The notes under the pieces are model-generated. The model saw only the letters and a list, made by a program, of their open reading frames with translations. It did no database searches and was not told the DNA's origin. A stretch of 63,947 nt of DNA, the filler included, from Octopus bimaculoides (lineage: Eukaryota), in the NCBI RefSeq assembly GCF_001194135.2. It is 9 parts of 9 records of this genome, joined end to end, with 100 filler letters (N's around TTAATTAATTAA, not from the genome) between each part and the next. Parts side by side here need not be neighbours in the genome. Positions count along the whole stretch, not along the records: positions 48,719 to 56,977 come from NC_068990.1; positions 57,078 to 61,161 come from NW_026338315.1; positions 61,262 to 62,421 come from NW_026363474.1; positions 62,522 to 63,947 come from NW_026435408.1; 5 more parts are not named here. One strand, given 5' to 3'. Positions 54,331-63,947 of this stretch are shown here, in pieces (the stretch's first letter is position 1; every line of letters starts with the position of its first letter). The position numbers and the translations under genes were made by a program.

Positions 54331-54654
54331 CAAAGCCTACCATATCACAAAGTTTGCTGGTTTCAAACAATCCTAAATTAAATTAAGTGGTACTATATGT
54401 TTGTGGTATACGCAGCCATTTCCACGCTCATTTAATGAAGACATAGTAATTTTATAAAACAACTGAAAATTGTTCGTCAAAATGGAAAGAGATCAATTTA
54501 GACTGAGTATTTGTGTGTGTGTGAGAGGGAGAGAAAGAGAGAGAAAGAAAGGAGAGAGAGAAAGTGGAAAAGAGGGTGATAGGGAGTATGTTTGTATTTG
54601 TATATGTGTATACGAGGCACGAGAGTAGAGATGAACTACTACGTGAGAGTGAGT

Positions 54655-54691
<37 letters not shown>

Positions 54692-56638
54692 GGGGAAGAG
54701 ACAGCTGAAGAGAGTTTGTGAATGATTCGAAAGTAGATTGGGGGAGACGATTTGTTTAATATTTAAACGAATATTACGAGAGGAGAAAGTGAGTGAGTCA
54801 TATGAAAACTAAGTTCTTTTAAGGAGGAGGAAAGGAATCAAATGAGAGTCAATGGAAAGTGAATGGCATGAGGAGATTAAGGAATATTAACAGAATGAGA
54901 GAAGAGATGATTAGTTTATTTCAACAAAGTTTGATGGATATTGCGGAAGCGGTTAGCGAAAAGATTTGTAAATAATTATAAAATAGAGCGTGCGACTAAT
55001 AATTAGACACAAATGAATAAATCAATGATATATATATATATATANNNNNNNNNNNNNNNNNNNNNNNNNNNNNNNNNNNNNNNNNNNNNNNNNNNNNNNN
55101 NNNNNNNNNNNNNNNNNNNNNNNNNNNNNNNNNNNNNNNNNNNNNNNNNNNNNNNNNNNNNNNNNNNNNNNNNNNNNNNNNNNNNNNNNNNNNNNNNNNN
55201 NNNNNNNNNNNNNNNNNNNNNNNNNNNNNNNNNNNNNNNNNNNNNNNNNNNNNNNNNNNNNNNNNNNNNNNNNNNNNNNNNNNNNNNNNNNNNNNNNNNN
55301 NNNNNNNNNNNNNNNNNNNNNNNNNNNNNNNNNNNNNNNNNNNNNNNNNNNNNNNNNNNNNNNNNNNNNNNNNNNNNNNNNNNNNNNNNNNNNNNNNNNN
55401 NNNNNNNNNNNNNNNNNNNNNNNNNNNNNNNNNNNNNNNNNNNNNNNNNNNNNNNNNNNNNNNNNNNNNNNNNNNNNNNNNNNNNNNNNNNNNNNNNNNN
55501 NNNNNNNNNNNNNNNNNNNNNNNNNNNNNNNNNNNNNNNNNNNNNNNNNNNNNNNNNNNNNNNNNNNNNNNNNNNNNNNNNNNNNNNNNNNNNNNNNNNN
55601 NNNNNNNNNNNNNNNNNNNNNNNNNNNNNNNNNNNNNNNNNNNNNNNNNNNNNNNNNNNNNNNNNNNNNNNNNNNNNNNNNNNNNNNNNNNNNNNNNNNN
55701 NNNNNNNNNNNNNNNNNNNNNNNNNNNNNNNNNNNNNNNNNNNNNNNNNNNNNNNNNNNNNNNNNNNNNNNNNNNTCTCTCTCTCTCTCTCTTTCTCTCC
55801 TTTTTTCTATGAATCTTTCAACATATTTTTTTATGTGAATAATATCGACGCCGGTTATACGTTTCCAATGAACCAATCGCCGGTTCAGTGCATTTCCGTT
55901 CGCCAAAGTTACAAGTCATGGATGTGTAACTTAGTTTTGAAAATTTTAGGTCGACAGCCGAGAATACCTTGGCAAGAGTTTCTGGTATTTCATTTCAATT
56001 CTAATACTCATGTGCAAAAATGTTTCTTTGGAAAGTGTGTGTTGACATCGGATGATGAGTGACACTGTGTAGGGATGAATGAATTGCCCTTAAAATACGA
56101 TGTATTTTATATAACCATAATAGCATTGCTTTGCGTGTTGATCGATTCTTTCTGGTGTGAAAATTGTAGTATTACGTTTCTGTTACAACACATCTAGGTT
56201 CATAGCGAATCACATTATTTTTCCGTTACAATAATTATACAAGATTTTGTTAAGACTAAAGTGAATTTAGTTGAGTATGCTTTAACAAGATTTCAATTTT
56301 TACACGCAGGTGGACTCCAGAACTTCAGATTTGGGCTTTATTAATAGCCACCTTCCCAGCAATTTATTGCACTTCCAGCCGTTAACTCTGACTGATATAA
56401 TGAGATATATTCTGACCACACCAGCTGGTTTGCATTTGTTACTTAAAAAATCTAATCAGGATTACTCTGGAGTTCTTGAAATGCATTAAATATATATATA
56501 TATGTAGGTATATAAGTGTATAAGCGTGTGTATGTTTGCATACATATATACATACATACATACATACATACTTACATACATACATACATACTTACATACA
56601 TACATACATACGTATGTACATACATGCATGCATGCATG

Positions 56639-56669
<31 letters not shown>

Positions 56670-56679
56670 GTGAGTGTGT

Positions 56680-56890
56680 GTCTGTATGTTCCCCTGCCAA
56701 TGCTTGACAACCGATACTGGTGTATTTATGTCCCCATAACTTAGCTGTTCGGCAAAAGTGACTGATAGAGTAAGAAATAGGCTTACAAAGAATAAGTTCC
56801 GGGGTCGATTTGTTCGACTAAAGCCCCTTAAAGCAGTGCTCTAGCATGGCCGCAATTAAATGACTGAAACAAGTAAAAGAAAAGAATAAA
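56680..56890 (+). mobile_element. SINE family C, 3' part
   Basis: gcttgacaaccgatactggtgt..tccccataacttagc..ggggtcgatttgttcgactaa..agcatggccgca..aatgactgaaacaagtaaaaga. Confidence 0.82.
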
Positions 56891-57077
56891 GGAATACATA
56901 TACGCACACATCCGCACACACACATACATATACATATACACATCACATGCGCATTCACATATATATATATATATATANNNNNNNNNNNNNNNNNNNNNNN
57001 NNNNNNNNNNNNNNNNNNNNNTTAATTAATTAANNNNNNNNNNNNNNNNNNNNNNNNNNNNNNNNNNNNNNNNNNNN

Positions 57078-57114
<37 letters not shown>

Positions 57115-57864
57115 GGATAGATCGATACATAGATAAAGAGACATTATGCATATATTTGTGTGTGTCTGTCTGTATGTACGTTTATCTATGTTTGCATGTA
57201 TCTATGTGTATTTGTAATAATGTATTATGTATATATTTTTATATATTTTCATATGCTTATATATATATATATACGTATATTCGTGTATACAATTGCTTAT
57301 GTATATACCTGAGTGAGTTATAAATATATATACATATATAACATATATANNNNNNNNNNNNNNNNNNNNNNNNNNNNNNNNNNNNNNNNNNNNNNNNNNN
57401 NNNNNNNNNNNNNNNNNNNNNNNNNNNNNNNNNNNNNNNNNNNNNNNNNNNNNNNNNNNNNNNNNNNNNNNNNNNNNNNNNNNNNNNNNNNNNNNNNNNN
57501 NNNNNNNNNNNNNNNNNNNNNNNNNNNNNNNNNNNNNNNNNNNNNNNNNNNNNNNNNNNNNNNNNNNNNNNNNNNNNNNNNNNNNNNNNNNNNNNNNNNN
57601 NNNNNNNNNNNNNNNNNNNNNNNNNNNNNNNNNNNNNNNNNNNNNNNNNNNNNNNNNNNNNNNNNNNNNNNNNNNNNNNNNNNNNNNNNNNNNNNNNNNN
57701 NNNNNNNNNNNNNNNNNNNNNNNNNNNNNNNNNNNNNNNNAGTGGGGTGGGGAGTGGAAGAGAGGTTGTAGAGGTGTAAAAGGTGAATAAGATTCCACTG
57801 AGATGAGGGTCACGTGACAAGTGCATAGTGACGTAAGATGGTGTTACTTGTTCGTAAACTGTTT

Positions 57865-57895
<31 letters not shown>

Positions 57896-57897
<2 letters not shown>

Positions 57898-58299
57898 AAT
57901 CTCTGACCGAGGTATAAACAGTAGCTGCACGACATCGTGAAGTATATTTGCCACTTAAATGTGCCTAACCCTTAAAGGTGGATGCTACTGTAGCTTGTAG
58001 CCCCAGGAGGACACCTCCTCCAACTGGCTATTGACACACTTTTTGTGCCCTATCAGTATTTGCAAAGAGAAGCCACCGTTCCCATCTGTAACCTGACGTG
58101 ATACACACGGACCCGAGTTTCTGGGTATTGACCCGTCATCAGCGTGTGACAATCACCGGTTGTCGATGTGAAGTGGTTCCCTATGCAAATATATATATAT
58201 ATCCTTTTTTCCAGTAACCTTAAGGGTTTGCCACATTTAAGTGGCAAATATACTTCACGATGTCATGCAGCTACTGCTAATACATCGTTCAGAGATTTA
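57896..58299 (-). mobile_element. ~400-bp non-autonomous element with ~84-bp inverted ends and an internal hammerhead ribozyme
   Basis: 57896-57979 and 58217-58299 are reverse complements with 8 differences over ~84 nt. Hammerhead at 58104-58148. No ORF. Confidence 0.8.
58104..58148 (-). ncRNA. Type I hammerhead ribozyme motif
   Basis: CACACG-CUGAUGA-C.GGGU(CAAU)ACCC.A-GAAAC(UCGG)GUC-CGUGUG: 6-bp stem I, full catalytic core, GUC triplet. The stem II closing pair is a C-A mismatch. Confidence 0.82.
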
Positions 58300-58326
58300 T
58301 TATTGTTTGTTTACACTTTTTCGAGA

Positions 58327-58735
58327 TCAGTGACGTTTCGGTAATTTTATCCCTGCTAAGGACTGTACCTTGCCTATTTTTAGGTAGATTACAATATTCA
58401 GGCCTTTTGTATCTACACCATACTTCTTCCTAGCTTTTTCGAATTTCCATTCATTTTTAATTTCTCCATTTCTTTTCCTAACAAGTATTGACACTACACC
58501 TTTCAAGGAGTTTATATCTTCAGAAATTCTCCTTTTCCCCCACGGTTGTTTATTTTCTCTTCTATCCGTCGCTGTCCTGTTCTCAGTAGTTCTCAATACC
58601 ATCCTTTCCGCCACAGTCCTACTGGCAGCCTTAATAAGATTGTTTGTTTGTGTGAAGTTCTTTGTTTCAATGTGTCTCAACACATTATCGACTTTACTCG
58701 TCTCTTGATTGGTTAGCCTTTTTAAAGTCGCTATT
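58327..58735 (-). mobile_element. R4/Dong-type LINE, N-terminal (pre-RT) fragment
   Basis: ETSKVDNVLRHIETKNFTQTNNLIKAAS...KQPWGKRRISEDINSL...KKYGVDTKGL matches the pre-RT region of this clade (PWWKRR motif). Abuts an (ATT)n tract. Confidence 0.65.
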
Positions 58736-58747
58736 ATTATTATTATG

Positions 58748-58813
<66 letters not shown>

Positions 58814-58862
58814 AGAGAAGATTACAACTTTAATATTCTTTTTCTTTATTTTACCTTTACAG

Positions 58863-58928
58863 GTGTTTTATAGAAAAACAATGTCGAAAAATGCAGACAT
58901 AGAACAGCACCAAAAATCTGTCCACGGA
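58863..58928 (+). CDS. ANOS1: Anosmin-1/KAL1-like FN3 domain, exon A
   Basis: Acceptor ttttctttattttacctttacag|GTG and donor GGA|gtaagt; 66 nt, phase 0-0, VFYRKTMSKNADIEQHQKSVHG. Splices in frame to exons B and C. The symbol rests on a recalled by-eye alignment. Confidence 0.72.
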
Positions 58929-58984
58929 GTAAGTCTTCCTGAATTCTACCTTTTATAATAATCCTTATTTTTTCACGACAAAGT

Positions 58985-59332
58985 TGCATGGCTTAGTGGT
59001 TAGAGTATTAGGCTTGCGATTCTAACGTCGTGAGTTCGATTCTCGGCAGCGCGTTGTGTCTTTAATCAAGATATTTTATTTCACGTTGCTCCAGTCCACT
59101 CAGCTAGCAAAAATGAATTGTACCTGTGTTTCAAAGGGACCAGCTTTATCACGTTCTGTGTCACGCTGACTCACACTGAGAACTATGTTAAGGGTACGTG
59201 TATCTGAGGGGTACTCAGCTACTTGCATGTTATTTCGCGTGCAAACTGTTCCGTTCATCAGATCAACTGGAACACTCGTCGTCGTAACCGACGGAGTGAC
59301 AGTATAAAGTGTAACATATATCCACAGATAAT
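58985..59332 (+). mobile_element. SINE family B head and central domain with a different 3' body
   Basis: TGGCTTAGTGGTTAG...GAGTTCGATTCT...ttatttcacgttgctccagtccactcagct, then a tail unrelated to 27160/43605, ending cgtaaccgacggagtg. Confidence 0.8.
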
Positions 59333-60217
59333 TCTTATCGTTACTGTCAGCGTTAGGGAAGAAACGAGCAGAGAGGAGAATCTGCAAAGTGTCTGGACAA
59401 TAATACCTTGTGGTGCTGACATACGTCCCTCGAGATCATAGTGGACTTGATTTCTAATCCCGTCAGGGATGACTTTTCCTTTTGATCTCACTGGATTTGA
59501 TCAAATATAATACTGGTTACATACTGAGGTGGATTTAAACGATTACCCGTCTCCCTGAAAACATGTCTGACTTGGTGGGAGAAATTTTGACTCCAAATAA
59601 CATTGTGTAACACGGTTTTTGTCCTCGGGTAGCAACTATCATTTCTTATTTGCTTACCCCTAGAAAGTATGAAAGACGGCTAATATTTCCTTCAAAATTT
59701 GCTTTTCTTACATTTATTCAAACCCCAAAGAGTCCCTCTCAACACATGACTATAATGCTCCCCCACGATTCCTGCTCATCATCAGAGATGCACATATTGT
59801 CAGCTACTAAGAGATATACTCAAGTGGTTATGGTCAAGCAACTAACAAGCAAATCTATGGTATTGAGCAGAATATTTGCTATAACATTACTTCTACTTCA
59901 GCAACTCAGCGCTGAATGTGTGAAATGTAATGGAAAATAGGTCAGTTTAAAATATTGGTGTCCAAGTCACAAAAGCAAAGTTTGAAGGGAATAATAGTCA
60001 CATTCTCCTTGATTTCAAGGTAGAAGCAAATAGGAAATAACACTGATCAAAGACAAAATTAAATTTGTTAGTCTGAGTGACGATTGGGAAATGATTAATA
60101 ATCATGATTATTAATCATTTCTCAGTCGTCACTCAGTTTATAGCAGACGACAGCTAACATTTTCACTTGAAATGATACGACGTCTTCGTTTCACATTTCT
60201 TTTTCTTTCTTTGACAG

Positions 60218-60274
60218 GACCGACATAGTTTAACATTGAAGGACCTCGATCCTAACACTCAATATCTAGTACAG
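60218..60274 (+). CDS. ANOS1: Anosmin-1/KAL1-like FN3 domain, exon B
   Basis: Acceptor tttctttttctttctttgacag|GAC and donor CAG|gtgagt; 57 nt, phase 0-0, DRHSLTLKDLDPNTQYLVQ. Contains the FN3 signature L.DL.P.T.Y.V. Confidence 0.8.
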
Positions 60275-60428
60275 GTGAGTAAATGAAACCATTTAAGCCC
60301 TTCCTGACATTTCTTCCATTTTTTTTTCCAAGATGTTTCTAGGAAAAATGATCGAACAAGGAAGATCGACATTTCAAGTAAATCTGCCGATGGAGAATTC
60401 TCTGTGTGTTTGTGGTGTTTGTGTGTGG

Positions 60429-60479
<51 letters not shown>

Positions 60480-60559
60480 GTGTGTGCGTGTGTGTATACA
60501 TCTCTCTGTTTACTCATTTCTCTTCTAATCCATTGATCCGTTAATCTTCTCCCTGCCAG

Positions 60560-60632
60560 GTTCAAGCAATTGTTCAAGTCGGTAAGAAAAGATATAGAAG
60601 TACGAAAGAAACAATGCAGATGGTAACAGACA
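60560..60632 (+). CDS. ANOS1: Anosmin-1/KAL1-like FN3 domain, exon C
   Basis: Acceptor ttaatcttctccctgccag|GTT and donor GACA|gtgagt; 73 nt, phase 0-1, VQAIVQVGKKRYRSTKETMQMVTD. Resembles the recalled human anosmin FN3-2 end ([23 protein letters not shown]). Confidence 0.75.
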
Positions 60633-60964
60633 GTGAGTATAACAACGTCTTTCATATACACCAACGCTGTGTCAAAGCTGCTAACTGGATCACTGAAACC
60701 CTTACATATATCCCTGACAATCAGCCAGAGGTTGTTTCCCCTGATTTATGACACAGATAGTTAATAACCCTCAGTTACTGGTATTGTCATTGTTATTATT
60801 AATATTATTGTTGTTATTAACTTTCTTTCTAAAGGCGTGGCCTCGCACATCTATGGTCTGTTTCTACCCCTGCTACAGCGTGCAGCGTGCGAAGTTGTTG
60901 CTAATTTGCATAACGGGAAAAATGTATTTATATTGAGCCTTCAATATCTTTTGTATTTACTGCG

Positions 60965-61058
60965 GAGCACTGATGAGGTAAACTGCAGGAGTACATAACG
61001 CTTCTACAACTTCGTAATATGTAATTAAACCTGGAATTTGCTGAAACGCGGGTATACT
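60965..61058 (+). ncRNA. Hammerhead-like motif with a long stem II
   Basis: AGCA-CUGAUGA-[GGUAAACUGCAGG/CCUGGAAUUUGCU, 11 of 13 pairs, inner UACAUA-ACG/CGU-UAUGUA]-GAAAC(GCGG)GUA-UACU. Stem I is weak (3 of 4 pairs). Confidence 0.5.
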
Positions 61059-61130
61059 ATTTAAAGCATTGAATACCATACCTGTTTTCTACTGGTTTTG
61101 TGTGTGTGTGCGTGTGCGTGCGTGCGTGTG

Positions 61131-61161
<31 letters not shown>

Positions 61162-61723
61162 NNNNNNNNNNNNNNNNNNNNNNNNNNNNNNNNNNNNNNN
61201 NNNNNTTAATTAATTAANNNNNNNNNNNNNNNNNNNNNNNNNNNNNNNNNNNNNNNNNNNNCAATATCTATCTAAGATTTTAATCTAAAATTTTAATAAT
61301 ATATAATATATTATAAAAAGAAACATTCTTCATAAAAATATTGATTTAAAAATCAAAATTATATATAGGACAGTAAAAATTAATACAATAATATAAAGTG
61401 TGAAAGTATAAATGTATAAAAGTCAGTGCTAGTACATAGACTACGCGCTTTCCATGGCTGAAATAGGACTATATAAAATCATAAGCAAATTCTATCCAAG
61501 TTCATTAGAACGGGGAAATGATTTTACTCCTGAAATCAGTCACTCTTCAGGTCAAATTCATTAAAAAAATACCTAAAGTCATTCAAGGAATAAACATAAA
61601 CATGAGAAATAAACATATATATGTAAAGAGACAAAACCTGTAAACTAATCCCTACATTAATGGTATTAATATAATTATTAAGAGTTACAATCTAAAAATA
61701 TTGAAAAAGAGTACTATAGTGAA

Positions 61724-62410
61724 CAAGGTTAAAACATTATGGAAGAGGTAAACAATAATAAAAAAAAAAGAAAAATGTGTTAGTGTATAAAGTTAATAAA
61801 AGACGTATGTCAATATTGTTTAGAAAATTAAAATTAGAAAACATGACTTATCTGCCGGCGAGTTACTGTAGATTATACGAAAATGAGTGTACTATAGAAT
61901 TTATGCTAAAAGCTCACGTGATAAAAATGGCGTCTATTACCCAGAGGTAAATGCGTACTATAATTACTAAAATAATAACGAAAATATCGAAAAACAAAAT
62001 CTACCTAAAATAAAAAGTTTATTGAAGAATAAAACTACTAAAATACTTAAAACTCTCAGATTTACGCAGAATAATAACTATACCACATACGAAAATTATA
62101 TATTACGTAAATAATACTATGAAACATTGTAAAAGACCGCTCATATCATCGTTGAATGCTTTATAGTCAAAGGTTAAATCATTATGGAAGAGGTAAATAA
62201 TAGTAAAAAATGTATTAGTGTATAAAGTTAATAAAAGACATGTCAATATTGTTTAGTAAATTAAAACTAGAAAACATAACTTATCTGCTTGCGATTTACT
62301 GTAGATTAAACCAAAATGAGTGTACTATAGAATTAATACTGAAAGGTCACGTGATAATAATGGCGTCTATTACCCAGAGGGAAATGCGTATTATAATTAC
62401 GAAAATATCG
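61724..62410 (+). repeat. Diverged ~250-bp direct repeat (61724-61990 and 62168-62410)
   Basis: Shared blocks aggttaaa.cattatggaagaggtaaa, ttagtgtataaagttaataaaagac, aaaatgagtgtactatagaatt and atggcgtctattacccagagg. Confidence 0.85.
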
Positions 62411-63434
62411 ATATAGGAGAANNNNNNNNNNNNNNNNNNNNNNNNNNNNNNNNNNNNNNNNNNNNTTAATTAATTAANNNNNNNNNNNNNNNNNNNNNNN
62501 NNNNNNNNNNNNNNNNNNNNNATGTATATGTGTGTATGGATGGATGGATGGATGTATGCGTAAAATTTACCATTCGTGATTTACATCTGTCTCTGTCTAG
62601 TCGCAACTCAACTCTCTCCTTCGCCATATTCCATTCTCTCTTCTCTGCTTCCACTTTCATAGTCGCGAGCGCGTTCTTGTTCCGCTTGTCTTTATTAATC
62701 TCTATCAGTCTATTTTTACGTTATATTTTTACTCTAAAAAATCCTTCGACTTTCGTTGTTTTTTGTTATTTCTCATTGCTCTCTCTATATATATGTATGC
62801 GTGAATCTATTCAGGTGTTGCAGCGTGGTAAGAATATTGCTTCCCAACCACATGGTTCTGGGTTCAGTTCCACTGCGTGGCACCTTCAGAAAGTATCTTC
62901 TATTATAGGCCTCGAATAGAACAAAACCGTTATATATTTGTTCGAGTAAAATTCTTCAGAGTGGCGCCTCAATGCGGCTGCAGTCAAATGACTGAAACAT
63001 GTAAAAGGTAAAACAGATTTATGTATGCATGTTTGTATGTATGTATGCATGTATGTATGCATGTATGTCTGTATGTACGTACGTATGCATGCACGTATGC
63101 TTATATGAATGTATGCATGCATGTATGTATGTCAGTATGTATGTATGAATATATATATGTGTATGCACGTATGTATGTATGTACACAACAGACTTCCACA
63201 CACCTTTTGTCTACCAATACCATTTGCAAGGCATTGGCCAGTCAAGATTTGAGAGAAATTTTACTGCTATTTCTAGACATTCGAGCGACCACTTAAAGGC
63301 AACCCAACCGGACCGTTTTTTGCTGTTGTTGTTGCTGTTGTTGTTATTGTTTTTGTAATGTAACTGCTGTTGGTGTGGATGTTGTTGCATTTGTTACCAA
63401 AACAAGAAATACTATTTCAGAAGGATAGATTGGT

Positions 63435-63622
63435 GGAATTGTCAGTGCGTCGAACAGAATGCCTTGTGATATTTCTTACGTCTCCTTATCTTCTGAGTTT
63501 AAAATTCCGATTTCGCCGAGATCGAATTTACCTTTCATCATTCTGCAGGTCAACAAAATAAACTTCGAACCTATACAATCGCTATTTCGTTTCCACTAAA
63601 TTTCTGGCCCCTTGCCTAAGTT
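63435..63622 (+). mobile_element. SINE family A, diverged (similarly diverged copy at ~2150-2300 +)
   Basis: ctgagtttaaaattccg..gagatcgaatttacctttcatcattc..gtcaacaaaataa. Confidence 0.6.
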
Positions 63623-63905
63623 AAAAAAAAAATTCAAACATTAACGTAACTAACAATTGAAGCCCTGTCGTCTTCTCACGGTAATTAATAAATTAAGGTG
63701 TTTCGTGATTTCCGGTACCCCAATATGGCGACGGGTGGTCTCGGTTATATGTAACTGTGGTCAAAAGGGGACAGAAAGCTGAAATTAAATTGAGGAAGCC
63801 CCTGACCTGTTGATGTATGCTTAAGTGGACAGGCGTGACTGAAGGAATCGCTGTATACGTGACGACGCCTCAGAAGAGAAACGTCGCAATAGATAACGTT
63901 AAGAT

Positions 63906-63947
<42 letters not shown>

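Noticed and set aside
56310-56390. Possible terminal exon WTPELQIWALLIATFPAIYCTSSR* after a strong acceptor
   Set aside because: No linked upstream exon or recognisable family; could be chance.
63835-63895. CTGAAGGA...GAAACGTC hammerhead-like string
   Set aside because: The core deviates and there is no stem I pairing. It may be a decayed Penelope-type repeat but is not supportable.

Overview
AT-rich, microsatellite-saturated animal genomic DNA from a gapped draft scaffold. The repeat content suggests an octopod cephalopod; this is inference, not a database match. Almost every ORF in the supplied track is a microsatellite or N-gap artefact. Two host genes are visible only as short spliced exons on the + strand. 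One is the last two exons of a penta-EF-hand protein (46049-46217, 47144-47185). The other is three exons that splice in frame into an anosmin-1/KAL1-like FN3 domain (58863-60632). The rest is transposon debris: three tRNA-derived SINE families, two Penelope-like (Naiad-type) GIY-YIG fragments, five R4/Dong-type RLE-LINE fragments, RTE remnants, two Tc1/mariner remnants and a Chapaev3-like remnant. The most notable unexplained structures are several hammerhead-ribozyme motifs, one with a canonical core inside a ~400-bp element with ~84-bp inverted ends and one with an unusually long stem II in the sense strand of an anosmin intron. Also notable are a loopless ~365-bp palindrome, a head-to-head telomeric palindrome and a SINE-tail-derived 93-bp tandem array. 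Eight N44-TTAATTAATTAA-N44 linkers are synthetic scaffold joins, so long-range order is uncertain. All alignments and folds were done by eye.
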